From NCBI GenBank assembly GCA_947165045.1, contig CAMUYW010000003.1:17185-81184 (forward strand): a DNA stretch of 64,000 bases, written 5' to 3'. Positions 8,722 to 18,902 of this stretch are shown here, piece by piece (position 1 is the first letter of the stretch; each line of letters starts with the position of its first letter). This stretch comes from an uncultured Fibrobacter sp. (GTDB lineage: Bacteria > Fibrobacterota > Fibrobacteria > Fibrobacterales > Fibrobacteraceae). Both the position numbers and the translations under genes were made by a program. A model generated the notes under the pieces. It was given only the letters and a program-made list of their open reading frames with translations. It did not search any database and was not told the origin of the DNA.

Positions 8722-10275
8722 TTAAATGAGTCCCACCCAGATGTGGCCTTCTTGCACGGACTCGACTTTCACGCGTTGCCCAGCTTCGATGATTTCGCCA
8801 TGGGTTTGCACGTCAAAGAGTCTTGTTGAACCGTCGGGCATTGTAAAGCTCGCTTGGCCCACAGGGCGGAGGAATGTTTTTGCTATACCGATATCGCCGA
8901 TGGAGACGGTTTGCACGTCTTCGGTGGGGGAGACGGCGGTTTCCATGTCTGTCTTGAGCATGGGTGTCCAGCCTTCGGGGAGTAGCGGAATCAAATACTT
9001 GCTTGCCGCAATCGGAATGATGAGCGCGATGGCTGCACTGCTAAGAACAAAGAAAAGCCCGAATAGCCAAGGCGTTGCATCGAAGGTGGATTCGACGGCC
9101 TCGGGGACGTATTCAGGGATGTTTGCAGTGTCGAAACTCATAATCAGTGCAATAATCATGCAGGCGATGCCGCCTATGCCAAACAGGAAAGTCCCCGGCA
9201 TGACAAATATCTCGACTAAGAATAAGATAACGCCTGCGATGAGCAGAATTGCAGGAAGGTAGCCGTCAAGTTGCGGTGCAAATTGACCGAAGAATACGAT
9301 GCCGATAAGGATAATGCCGGTGATGCCGAAAAATCCAAATCCCGGTGTCTTGAATTCAATATAAAGTGCTCCGAATCCGAGAATTAGCAGAATGCCTGAA
9401 ATCGCGGCGATGGCGCTTGCAATTTTTTCGCCAGTGTTCGTTTCAACTTCGCTTTTGCGTTCGATAGCGAGTTTTGTTTCAAAGTCTTCGCGGTTCTTGA
9501 ACGTGCCTTTGGAGAATCCGAGTTCTTCGGCTTCCTTGTCGGTCATGGTCAGAAGTTCGCCTTCTTTCACGAGAATCTTGGGCGAGCCCCAGAATTTCTT
9601 TTCGGTGCTGTCGAGAACGGCGAATTTCTTGCCTTCGATGATGAGCGTTGTGTCGCGTTCTTTGTCGGTACCTTTATCGAGTTTGGCGGTGAGCTCGAGC
9701 ACTTCGAGTTCAGGCGTCACGAACGAAGAGGCTAGTAGCTCAGGGTAACCGTTGCGCTGGGCTAGGTTCCTGAATTTGGCGCGGAGCGGGGATTGGATTT
9801 TCTCTCCCACGATTTGCGGCGTGCCATCGCCACCTTGAACGATCGGGGCGCAGTCGCCGATTGTTGTGGCTTCGAGCATATAGAGCTTTTGGCAAGCGAG
9901 TGCAATGAGCGAGCCTGCGCTGATGGCTTTCTTCTTCACGAGCGCGATGGTTTCGGCGCCTTTGACTGCCATAATCGTATCAACCAAGTCAAAGGCTGCA
10001 TCGAGGCGTCCGCCGAACGTGTTGATTTCAAAGACGATATAGTCTGGCTTTTTATCGAGAGCCTCGCCAATGGCTCGGGCGCAGAACTCGTACATGGCCG
10101 GATCTACGTCACCTTCCAGTTTTATCCAGACGGCTTGTTTTTTAGGAATTGTGATTTCACTTGCTTTGGAAGTTGAGGAATCGGCTTTCGTCGAATCGAT
10201 TGTGACGTCTTCTGCCGCAAAAGTAAACGATACTAGAATGGCTAAAATAAAAAGCAATTTTGTTAAAAATTTCAT
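8722..10275 (-). CDS. nfeD: NfeD family membrane-bound serine protease (YqeZ-like)
   Basis: Signal peptide, ClpP-like domain (INTFGG, AISAGSLIALAC), 'EFKTPGFG' TM region, C-terminal OB fold (TFLRPVG); sits upstream of floA. Confidence 0.88.
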   Translation of the reverse strand: MKFLTKLLFILAILVSFTFAAEDVTIDSTKADSSTSKASEITIPKKQAVWIKLEGDVDPAMYEFCARAIGEALDKKPDYIVFEINTFGGRLDAAFDLVDTIMAVKGAETIALVKKKAISAGSLIALACQKLYMLEATTIGDCAPIVQGGDGTPQIVGEKIQSPLRAKFRNLAQRNGYPELLASSFVTPELEVLELTAKLDKGTDKERDTTLIIEGKKFAVLDSTEKKFWGSPKILVKEGELLTMTDKEAEELGFSKGTFKNREDFETKLAIERKSEVETNTGEKIASAIAAISGILLILGFGALYIEFKTPGFGFFGITGIILIGIVFFGQFAPQLDGYLPAILLIAGVILFLVEIFVMPGTFLFGIGGIACMIIALIMSFDTANIPEYVPEAVESTFDATPWLFGLFFVLSSAAIALIIPIAASKYLIPLLPEGWTPMLKTDMETAVSPTEDVQTVSIGDIGIAKTFLRPVGQASFTMPDGSTRLFDVQTHGEIIEAGQRVKVESVQEGHIWVGLI

Positions 10276-10433
10276 AACGTCAATGTATAAAGATTTGTTT
10301 TATAACGAACAGATTTTTGTGAAAAAAGTTACGTTTTTGCAGAAAAAGGCCTAAAATGGGAAAATTTTTGGAATTATTCATACGTTTCCCCTTGTAAAAT
10401 GTATAATATACCTAGAAAACTTACAAAAAACTT

Positions 10434-13400
10434 ATGAACAATAATTTTTTTAAACGAAATCTTGTTGTATCGTTACTTTTAGTTGCGTTTCTGTTTATTG
10501 TAACAAACGTTTCTTTTCTGTATATAAACAGCAATGCCATTGATGATAGCTGGGACTCCGTAGACGAAGTCGCTTATGCCTCCGAAGCAAAAATGGGCTT
10601 TTTAGGGCGCTCACTCTTGAGTGCCTTGTCGAATATTTCGACTGTGGTCGGAATGGAAGAAAATCTCCTTTCGGAAAGCAACGTGCGCATGGTTCGTGGG
10701 TCTCGAATTGGCCCTCTTGTATCTGCGGCTCGTTTGTATTTGCCCGATGGACACATCATTGCCGATAATGGTGTTTTCTTTGATTCCTCCTATATCCCGC
10801 ATTACAATTCGCTAGAATCTTCTAAACCGTATATTTCGAAATTGGGGCGTGATGTTGTCCACCCTGAAAATATTGTTTTTGAACAGCTGGTGCCTGTCCG
10901 TCGTAGGGGGCAAGTTGTCGGTATGCTTTCGGCGGTTTCGGATGTTAGGCCGTTGTATGGCTATGTTGCAACGAATGCGTTTAAGGGAAAAGCTTCGCTG
11001 ATTGTGTTGGACCGTAGAGATGGCTCTTTTGTTGTTGAAAAAAGTGGGAAATGGAAAAATTTCAATGACTTTGTCAGGTCAATGAATCCTAAAAAAGATT
11101 ATTCGTTAGATGAGTGGGCTGCAAAGGTGATGAAGGGCGAGTCCTCCCATATTGCTTTTGTGGACAAATCTTCGAATGAAGCAAAACTTGGTGTCGTCGT
11201 TCCTTTGTTCGGTGGTTCTTGGTCGCTTATCATGTATGTAAATGAGAATATCGCGTTTGCACGAGTTGATAAAATTCGCAGGTTCTATATTGGAATTTCG
11301 GCTATTGAACTTCTTGTGATTCTTCTGTATCTCATTCGAATGGTGTGGAATGCACGCCGTATGGCCGAAGCCGAGAGCAGTGAATTTTCTGAAATTGCCG
11401 ATGCATTGAGCGGAACTTACGAATGCATTTTCTACGTCAATGTCTTGGACGATACCTTTGATACGTTCCACGCTGATGCGCTCATGAACAAGTTGCATGA
11501 GTCGGTGAACGGTCGAGATTTCTTCTTTGAGTCTATAGCGAGTCTGCGTCATAATCTTCATGAAGATGATTTGGAAATAGTAATGCACTTTATGGAAAAG
11601 GGAGCGTTCCTCAAACGCTTGGAAGAAAATCCGAGTGCATCTGTGGAATATAGGCTTATTATCAATGGCATTCCTCAGTTCTATAGAATGAAGGTTATTA
11701 AGTCCAAGAAGGATGAAAATCACGTTATCGTGGCTGTGGAAAATATTGATTCGGAAGTTAACAAGGCCATTGCCCAGCGTCAGGAAATGGATCGCAACAA
11801 CAGAGTGATCGAGTCGCTTGCTTCTGACTTTGACTTTGTGAATTACGTAACGCTTGGCGAAGATGCTGCTTCGGACCTTGTAGTGACATATCGTGCTAGT
11901 TCTGTACTCTTGAGGTCTATTCCTGGCTGGTCTTCGGAAAAGATTTTCTCGAAGAGAATGGATTTGCTGCTAAAGTATTTGGTTTGCGATTCGGATAAGC
12001 TTTTATTCCATGAACAGACGAGCCGAGATTACTTAGTTGAAGTGTTGAAGAATGAATCTGTTGTTCATGTCAACTTCAATATTAAACTTGATGGTAAAGA
12101 GATTTGCTATCAAATGAAAATTATTGCCGATAAAGATGAAATTGGCAACCTCAAGGGCCTTGTTTTCGGTTTGCATAGCGTTGATGAAGAAATCAAGAAG
12201 CAGATGCAAATCCAGTCGAAATTGAAACGTAACCTTGAAATCATCGACATCCTTTCGGAAGATTATTCGTCGCTATTCTTCTTCAATTTTGAAGATGATT
12301 CTAATGGTGTGCTAGCCGTGAGCGCGGACATCAAGGAATCCCTGAAAGATTTCTTTGCTTCTTGTACGAAACTTGAAGATGTGTTCAAGGCGTTTGTCTT
12401 GGCGCAGGTCCATCCTGATGACAGGGAAATGCTTTTAGGGATTGCATCGAGAGAGTATGTGGCTCAGAAGCTCATGCATCAGAAACGATTTACGGTTATA
12501 TTCAGGCACCTTTACGGTAGTGAATACAAGTTTACTCGATTGGTGTTTGCTAAGGCTGAAGCTATTGATGATCCTCCGAAACTTGTTGCTGTGGGCTTTG
12601 TGGAAGTAGATGCTCAACATAGAGCTGAAACGGAACACCAGGAAAATATTGAACGTATCATGAGCCTTTCGGATCAGTTTGAAGTCATTTTCGATGTCAA
12701 TATTGATACAGGATTGTTCAGCGCTTCGGTGAAAGGCGAAAAGTTTAGGGATGTCGTCGATGAAAAGACTGGTGAAGGTGTAGACTTCTTTAAGGAACGT
12801 GAAAGCGATATCGAAAAAGTTGTCTATAAAGATGACTTGGAACAAGTGATGAAAGCGCTTAATCGTGAAGTTGTGATAGATCGATTGAAGAATGAAAATT
12901 CGTTCTTCTTGGATTATCGCCGTGTGACACCTGATGGTCTCAAATGGTACCGCATGAAGGTGACGAAAATGGGCGACTGGTCCAAATCGCACCGTGTTCT
13001 TGTCGGCCTTTTCAATAATGATGTGTTTTACCGTAAGGAAATGGCGCAGCAGGCCGCTCTTGAGCAGGCCCTTGAAATGGCAAAGTCTGCATCCCGCGCA
13101 AAGACGATGTTCCTCAATAATATGAGTCATGATATCCGTACTCCGATGAATGCTATTATCGGTTATACGGAACTTGCGACGATGCATATTGACAACAGGG
13201 AATTGGTACAAAACTTCCTTGGAAAGATCGAGCTTTCATCGAATCATTTGCTTTCGTTGATCAATGATGTGCTTGATATGAGCCGTATTGAATCTGGTAA
13301 GCTTAACTTGAATGAAAAGCCGGAACATCTCTCGGAAATTATTCACACGCTTAAAGACATTGTGCAGGCGGATATCAATTCGAAAAAGTTGCAGTTCTTT

Positions 13401-14630
13401 GCGAATAGTATCGGTATCCATAGCGAAAACATTGTGTGTGACAGGTTGCGTTTGAACCAGGTCCTTTTGAATGTGGTCTCAAATGCGATTAAGTACACTC
13501 CAGCTGGCGGCTCCATCTGGTTCTCTGTAGAACAGAAGGATTGCGATGAATCTGGTGTTGGAATTTATGAGTTTAGAATTAGAGATTCGGGCATTGGCAT
13601 GAGCGAAGATTTCTTGCCGATGATTTTCGATGCGTTTACGAGAGTAAATTCCTCGACGGTTTCTGGAATTCAGGGAACGGGTCTTGGCATGGCTATTACG
13701 AAGAATATCGTCGATATGATGAAGGGAACTATCGATGTTAAGAGTAAACTGAATGAAGGTACAGATGTTGTTCTGAATTTCAAGTTCTGCCTTGTCGAAC
13801 CGCCTCAGGAATCCGATCGAGTTAAGGAACTGGCTGGCAAGAAAATACTAGTTATCGATGATGACGATGAATGTGTAAAGAGCATCCCTCAAATCTTTAG
13901 TGATTTTGGTGTTGTTGCGGATTACTGTTATTCCGGTTCCGAAGCTTTGGAAAAAGTGAAAGATGCAAAGCAGAAGGGATTTACCTACGATGCGTTCTTA
14001 GTGGATTGGCGTATGCCGAATATGGATGGCATGAAGACCACTCAGCTTTTGCGTGAAGAATTAGGCAAAGATATCCTTGTAATCGTGATGTCTGCTTATG
14101 AATGGTCGGATATTGAGAATATGGCTCTCAGTGTGGGTATCCGCAATTTTGTGAGCAAGCCTGTGTTCCCGTCAGATGCAAGGCAAGCTTTGTTGCAGAG
14201 TTTTGGGCTCTCTCGTGCAGATGTGCTTGTGTCCGAAAAGAAAATTGACTTTAAGGGCAAGAAAGTTTTGCTTGTCGATGATAACGAATTGAATCGCGAA
14301 ATTGCGGAAGAAATTCTAGAAGATTGCGGTATTCAGGTGACTACGGCTTGCGATGGTGCTAAGGCTGTGGAATACATGAAGGACGTTAAGCCTGGGGACT
14401 GCGATTTGATTTTGATGGACGTTCAGATGCCGATTATGGATGGCTATGAGGCGACCCGTCAGATTCGTAAGCTGGATAACAAGGTTGCTGCGGAAGTTCC
14501 GATTATTGCGATGACTGCAAATGCCTTTGCAGATGACCAGCAGGCGGCTCTTGATTCTGGCATGAACGAGCATGTGGCAAAGCCGGTGAACGTCAATAAG
14601 CTCAAGGAAGTGCTTGCTAGATTCCTTTAA
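10434..14630 (+). CDS. Hybrid sensor histidine kinase/response regulator (Cache-like sensor, PAS-like repeats, HisKA, HATPase, two receiver domains)
   Basis: Two TM helices; FLNNMSHDIRTPMNAI H-box; QVLLNVVSNAIKYT, DSGIGM and GTGLGM boxes; two receivers (DWRMP, DVQMP). Confidence 0.93.
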   Translation: MNNNFFKRNLVVSLLLVAFLFIVTNVSFLYINSNAIDDSWDSVDEVAYASEAKMGFLGRSLLSALSNISTVVGMEENLLSESNVRMVRGSRIGPLVSAARLYLPDGHIIADNGVFFDSSYIPHYNSLESSKPYISKLGRDVVHPENIVFEQLVPVRRRGQVVGMLSAVSDVRPLYGYVATNAFKGKASLIVLDRRDGSFVVEKSGKWKNFNDFVRSMNPKKDYSLDEWAAKVMKGESSHIAFVDKSSNEAKLGVVVPLFGGSWSLIMYVNENIAFARVDKIRRFYIGISAIELLVILLYLIRMVWNARRMAEAESSEFSEIADALSGTYECIFYVNVLDDTFDTFHADALMNKLHESVNGRDFFFESIASLRHNLHEDDLEIVMHFMEKGAFLKRLEENPSASVEYRLIINGIPQFYRMKVIKSKKDENHVIVAVENIDSEVNKAIAQRQEMDRNNRVIESLASDFDFVNYVTLGEDAASDLVVTYRASSVLLRSIPGWSSEKIFSKRMDLLLKYLVCDSDKLLFHEQTSRDYLVEVLKNESVVHVNFNIKLDGKEICYQMKIIADKDEIGNLKGLVFGLHSVDEEIKKQMQIQSKLKRNLEIIDILSEDYSSLFFFNFEDDSNGVLAVSADIKESLKDFFASCTKLEDVFKAFVLAQVHPDDREMLLGIASREYVAQKLMHQKRFTVIFRHLYGSEYKFTRLVFAKAEAIDDPPKLVAVGFVEVDAQHRAETEHQENIERIMSLSDQFEVIFDVNIDTGLFSASVKGEKFRDVVDEKTGEGVDFFKERESDIEKVVYKDDLEQVMKALNREVVIDRLKNENSFFLDYRRVTPDGLKWYRMKVTKMGDWSKSHRVLVGLFNNDVFYRKEMAQQAALEQALEMAKSASRAKTMFLNNMSHDIRTPMNAIIGYTELATMHIDNRELVQNFLGKIELSSNHLLSLINDVLDMSRIESGKLNLNEKPEHLSEIIHTLKDIVQADINSKKLQFFANSIGIHSENIVCDRLRLNQVLLNVVSNAIKYTPAGGSIWFSVEQKDCDESGVGIYEFRIRDSGIGMSEDFLPMIFDAFTRVNSSTVSGIQGTGLGMAITKNIVDMMKGTIDVKSKLNEGTDVVLNFKFCLVEPPQESDRVKELAGKKILVIDDDDECVKSIPQIFSDFGVVADYCYSGSEALEKVKDAKQKGFTYDAFLVDWRMPNMDGMKTTQLLREELGKDILVIVMSAYEWSDIENMALSVGIRNFVSKPVFPSDARQALLQSFGLSRADVLVSEKKIDFKGKKVLLVDDNELNREIAEEILEDCGIQVTTACDGAKAVEYMKDVKPGDCDLILMDVQMPIMDGYEATRQIRKLDNKVAAEVPIIAMTANAFADDQQAALDSGMNEHVAKPVNVNKLKEVLARFL

Positions 14631-15585
14631 GATTCTTGATGCTGGCGCGTTTTAGGCGGTCGTTGAGCGCCATGCCAACGCCTGTGTTGGGAATGGGGTC
14701 AACGAGAATCAAGTCGTACTTGGGGTCGTCAAGGTCGTGCATGTAGGCGTAAAGCTTTGATGTGGCTTCGACCATATCGCCTGTAGCAGACAAATTTACT
14801 GTTGCAGGAATAGGGCCTGCTTGCGTTCCGAAGGCGATGCGAACGGTGTGCTCGGGGAGCGTGTAACCTGTCGGAATTTCGCCGTAGTAAAGTGGAACTT
14901 GCGGGCGGTAGTGCGTGTCGCATTGACCGGGGGCAAGCATCGGCTGGCCCGGCTTGGACGTGGATTCCTTGATTTTAACTTCGCCGAGAATGGCCTTGAA
15001 CATCTCGGGCGTGATGGCGCCTGGGCGCATGACGGTTGGTTCTCCGACGAGCGAAATAATCGAGCTTTCCACGCCAACAGAACATGGGCCGCCATCGACA
15101 ATGCCTGCGATGCGGTCGGCGAGCTGTGCTGCGACGTGTTCAGCGGTTGTCGGGCTAACATGCTTAAAGAGGTTCGCGCTCGGGGCGGCAAGCGGGAGTC
15201 CTGATTCCTTGATAATCGCTTGTGCAATCGGATGGCTCGGGAAGCGCACGGCGACAGACTGGAGGGCGCTTGTGCAAAGGTCGGGAATGCAATCCTTTTT
15301 GGGGAGGATGATGGTCATCGGGCCCGGCCAATAGGCTTCGGCGAGCTTGTAGGCGCTATCGGGAATATCCTTGGCGATGTCGGTGAGTTGTGCGATATCG
15401 GCGATGTGGACAATCAGCGGGTCGAATGTCGGGCGTTCTTTGGCGGCGAAAATCTTGGCGAGCGCTTTGGGCTCGAATGCATTGCCGGCGAGGCCGTAAA
15501 CTGTTTCTGTCGGGATGGCGACAACCTCTCCGTCTTTAAGAAGGCGGGCGGCTTCGCTTACACTTGTCCAAGGAGGAAATTTCAT
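14617..15585 (-). CDS. tsaC: L-threonylcarbamoyladenylate synthase (Sua5-type, with C-terminal SUA5 domain)
   Basis: VAIPTETVYGLA, KERP..DPLIVH, WPGPMT, APSAN, GVESSII, APGQ..HYRP, ALNDRLKRA. Confidence 0.93.
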   Translation of the reverse strand: MKFPPWTSVSEAARLLKDGEVVAIPTETVYGLAGNAFEPKALAKIFAAKERPTFDPLIVHIADIAQLTDIAKDIPDSAYKLAEAYWPGPMTIILPKKDCIPDLCTSALQSVAVRFPSHPIAQAIIKESGLPLAAPSANLFKHVSPTTAEHVAAQLADRIAGIVDGGPCSVGVESSIISLVGEPTVMRPGAITPEMFKAILGEVKIKESTSKPGQPMLAPGQCDTHYRPQVPLYYGEIPTGYTLPEHTVRIAFGTQAGPIPATVNLSATGDMVEATSKLYAYMHDLDDPKYDLILVDPIPNTGVGMALNDRLKRASIKNLKGI

Positions 15586-15790
15586 GTTTTGCTACCTACG
15601 CAAGCAAAGATAGAAAAAAGGGATTTATCGCCAAAGGCTCGATTTAAAATCAAAATGCGGGAGGGGCCCCAGCTCGGAGTAAATCTTAAGTCCATCCTGG
15701 CGCAAGCGCCAACCTTGCGGCTCAGCCATGCCCATGCAAGCATGGTCGCGGCATTCGCTTTTTAAGGTTGTGACCGACGCTTTTATGATG

Positions 15791-15824
15791 AAAAAAAACA
15801 TCTCAGCTCAAAGACTGAGATGTT
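15791..15824 (-). terminator. Intrinsic terminator of the DUF349 gene
   Basis: Minus strand AACATCTCAG-loop-CTGAGATG followed by T8. Confidence 0.75.
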
Positions 15825-15858
15825 GAAAGTGTATAGACTTTTAATATTGCTTATGCTT

Positions 15859-18771
15859 TTATGCTTCGACGGTGGCAGGGGCTTCTTCTGCATTCTTCTG
15901 TTCGTCCTTGCGGCCGAAAGCGAACACCTGATCGCATGCCGTGTTGAAACGCTTCCAGATCTTTTCGGAGTGTTCGCGAGGAACGGCGCCGACTTCCTTC
16001 CACAAACGGCGGAAGTGCTTGACCTTGTTCATCGAAGCGACAACTGTAGATTCGTTCAAGTCTGTGAGCAAGTCTTCGGCCTGTTCGCAGAGGAGAATCT
16101 TCTTCTGCAAGTTGTTCTGGCGAGCTTGTTCCTGAATGTCGAGCTGGTCACGGCGGCGAGTGAAGAAGTCGTCGCAAACATCGCGGAAGGCCTTCTGCAA
16201 TTCGGCGTCGTCGTTACCGCAAGAACCGAGCGTGACCCATTCCTTCTGGATGTCGCGAACGGCATCAGCGAGCTGGTTGGAGCCTGCGCTTTCGGCGAAC
16301 TGGCGGACCTTTTCGATGGAATCTTGCTTCTTCTTCTTGATTTCAGCAATCTTGGCCTGGAGTTCCGGGTCGGTTTCAGCCATCTTGGCCACAATCTTAT
16401 TGACGATGGCGCTGTAGCGTTCGTTGATGCTTTCGACAGCGTCCTTCGGAACCATGCCAATGGTCTTCCATTCTGCATCGATAGCCTTGTATGCTTCGAT
16501 AGCATCCGGAGTGACATTGCTCAAGTCAAGAGCTTCGAGCTTTTCGCAGAGAGCCTGCTTCTGTTCGAGATTCTTTTGCTTGGCTGCATCCATTTCTTCA
16601 AAGTGGTTGCGCTTCTTTTCGAAGAAGGAATCACAAGCGGTGCGGAAGCGTGTCCAGATTTCGTCGGACTTGCTCTTCGGAACGGGGCCTGTTGCCTTCC
16701 AAGCATCCTGCAACTGTTTGAGCTTGGTGGAGGTGGCGTTCCAATCGGTCGAATCCTTGATGGCTTCGGCTTCGATGCAGAGTGCGACCTTCTTTTCGTA
16801 GTTGGCTTCGCGGCTGTCGTCTTCGCGCTTGACGTTTTCCTTGTGCTGTGCGTAGAAGGCATTCACGGCATCCTTGAAACGCTTGTTGAGCGCAGCAAAG
16901 GCTTCCTTCGGGACCATGCCGATGTTCTTCCAGTTTTCCTGAATTTCCTGAACGGCCTTGAACTTGTCCTTCCAGAAAATTTCAGCATTGGCGACGAGTT
17001 CTTCAACCTTCTGGCAAAGGGCTTCCTTGTCTGTTAGGTTCTTCAAACGTTCGGCGTTCTGTTCTTCGATGAATGGAGCGCAGTTTTCCTTAATCTTGTC
17101 AACGAGTGCCTGGAAGCGGTCTCTGTAGTCCTGGAACTTGGCTGCAGAAATTGGGCCGATTTCACGCCACTTGCCGCAGAGTTCGCGGAACTTGGCAAGT
17201 ACTGCCTGGCTTGGTGTTTCGCGAGAAAGTGCGTCCATTTCTTCGATGATGGTATCGCGGTCTTTTTCGTTGTGCCAGTTTTCCCACTGTTGCATTTCCT
17301 GGAAACGGGAAGTGGCGATCTTGTATTCTTGCCAAAGATCGTGGTACTTGAATTTGTTTTCGCCAACGATTTCCTTCCATTCCTGGTAGGTGTCGCGGAG
17401 AGTCTTGTGAATTTCACGGAATTCCTGGTTCTCATCGATGTTTTGGATGCGTTCAATGAGTGCGCGGAGCTTCTTCGAATTTTCTTCGATGACCTTCTGC
17501 GTTTTTTCATTGAATGCAGAGATGAGTTCGCTCAACTTGGTTCGGAGAGCGTTGTATGCCTGAAGAATCGGATCGTCGCCTTCGAGGAGAGCGAGCTTTT
17601 CCCATTCGCGGACGATGGCGTGCAAATGTTTGCCGGTGTTCTCGTCGATTTCCGTGTCGGAGAGGGCCTGGAGACGTTCGAGAAGGCTCTTGCGAACGGC
17701 AATTTCTTCTTCGCTTGCGTTTTCAGATTCTGCGGTCGGAATGACAATCTTCTTTGCTTCTTGAGTTTTGAAGTAAGCGTTGTTGAAGCGCTTGATGGAA
17801 ACTGCATCCATGATGGACTTGTTGGCCGTCCATTCTTCGGTGATCGCGTTTACGCGTTCCGCATTTTCTTCCGTCGTGCCGGCTTCGAGCATGCTTTCGA
17901 GTTCAGCAAGTGTTTCCGTCAAGTGAGCAATCTTGGCTTGCTTTTCGGCTTCGGCATTTTCTGCGGCAACCTTTGCTGCATTGGCTTCGTCGTAGAACTT
18001 GTTGAAGCTGTCGTAAATTTCGTTGAGAGTGCTTGCGGATTCACCCATGCCAAGAGAGTTGGCTTCGGTCATGAGTGCGTCGAACTGCGGCTTAGTGGCA
18101 AAAGCGTCCTTTTGGGCTGCAAGGAAGTGAGCCTGCTTGATCAATGCTTCACGCTTGCTCTGCAAAAGTTCCATTGCCTTCTTGCCGTTGTCTTCGGCTT
18201 CTTTCTTTGTACGTACTTTATCCGAAATTTTCTTGCGCACGGACACGTGCTTAGAGCTCTTGATAAGATCGGTCTGCAAAGATTCAGAGACAACGCGGTC
18301 GGCAGCAGCCAAAGCAATTTCTTCGCTGGAATCGCGAGAAGCGATCTGTGCAAGGAGCGATTGCTTGTTGCACAGCTTAACGAGTTCTCTCTTGATTGTT
18401 AAGTTGTCTGTAGCCTTGAGTACGTCTTCGGCATAACGAGTGTCCTTGATGGCATCGATATAACCGCGGACTTCGTCGTTCAAGTTCGAATCATTAAAGT
18501 TTTTCAGCTTTTTGACAATTTCTTCAAAAGCTCTTGTTTCGGCCAAACGGCGTACGCTAGAGTCACTGTCGTTCTTAGAAATTTCCTGAAGTGTCTTAAT
18601 AATTGCAAGTTTTTTGATTGCAGCTATTCTCACTTCGACATTATCATCGGAAAGGGCCACTCGTTCGACAATCTCTTGACTCGTGAGTTCATCCAAGTCG
18701 GCAATCGCTTCAATGCGCTTTGCAGGGTTGGAATTTTGCCATTTCGGTTTAAATGCGTCAAAAAAGCTCAT
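15859..18771 (-). CDS. DUF349-repeat coiled-coil protein
   Basis: Repeated 'K..LC...E...W..IG.VP......W.RF..A.D.FF' units and an N-terminal 'KPKWQNSNP..R..AI' HEAT-like part. ATG at 18771 follows GGAGA. Confidence 0.8.
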   Translation of the reverse strand: MSFFDAFKPKWQNSNPAKRIEAIADLDELTSQEIVERVALSDDNVEVRIAAIKKLAIIKTLQEISKNDSDSSVRRLAETRAFEEIVKKLKNFNDSNLNDEVRGYIDAIKDTRYAEDVLKATDNLTIKRELVKLCNKQSLLAQIASRDSSEEIALAAADRVVSESLQTDLIKSSKHVSVRKKISDKVRTKKEAEDNGKKAMELLQSKREALIKQAHFLAAQKDAFATKPQFDALMTEANSLGMGESASTLNEIYDSFNKFYDEANAAKVAAENAEAEKQAKIAHLTETLAELESMLEAGTTEENAERVNAITEEWTANKSIMDAVSIKRFNNAYFKTQEAKKIVIPTAESENASEEEIAVRKSLLERLQALSDTEIDENTGKHLHAIVREWEKLALLEGDDPILQAYNALRTKLSELISAFNEKTQKVIEENSKKLRALIERIQNIDENQEFREIHKTLRDTYQEWKEIVGENKFKYHDLWQEYKIATSRFQEMQQWENWHNEKDRDTIIEEMDALSRETPSQAVLAKFRELCGKWREIGPISAAKFQDYRDRFQALVDKIKENCAPFIEEQNAERLKNLTDKEALCQKVEELVANAEIFWKDKFKAVQEIQENWKNIGMVPKEAFAALNKRFKDAVNAFYAQHKENVKREDDSREANYEKKVALCIEAEAIKDSTDWNATSTKLKQLQDAWKATGPVPKSKSDEIWTRFRTACDSFFEKKRNHFEEMDAAKQKNLEQKQALCEKLEALDLSNVTPDAIEAYKAIDAEWKTIGMVPKDAVESINERYSAIVNKIVAKMAETDPELQAKIAEIKKKKQDSIEKVRQFAESAGSNQLADAVRDIQKEWVTLGSCGNDDAELQKAFRDVCDDFFTRRRDQLDIQEQARQNNLQKKILLCEQAEDLLTDLNESTVVASMNKVKHFRRLWKEVGAVPREHSEKIWKRFNTACDQVFAFGRKDEQKNAEEAPATVEA

Positions 18772-18902
18772 AATATCTCCAAAGGTAGGCGGGGCTTTCT
18801 CAGCTCCGTATAGCATAATCTAACTAAAAAAAACTTGCAGTTAGGAAATTTTACACGAATTTATGCCCATTTATGGTTGTATCAATAACTATCTTTGCCC
18901 CC

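Noticed and set aside
15820-18402. Long plus-strand ORFs (405 aa and 376 aa) opposite the DUF349 gene
   Set aside because: Antisense shadows of a Lys/Glu-rich gene, giving Leu/Phe-rich sequence with no family features.
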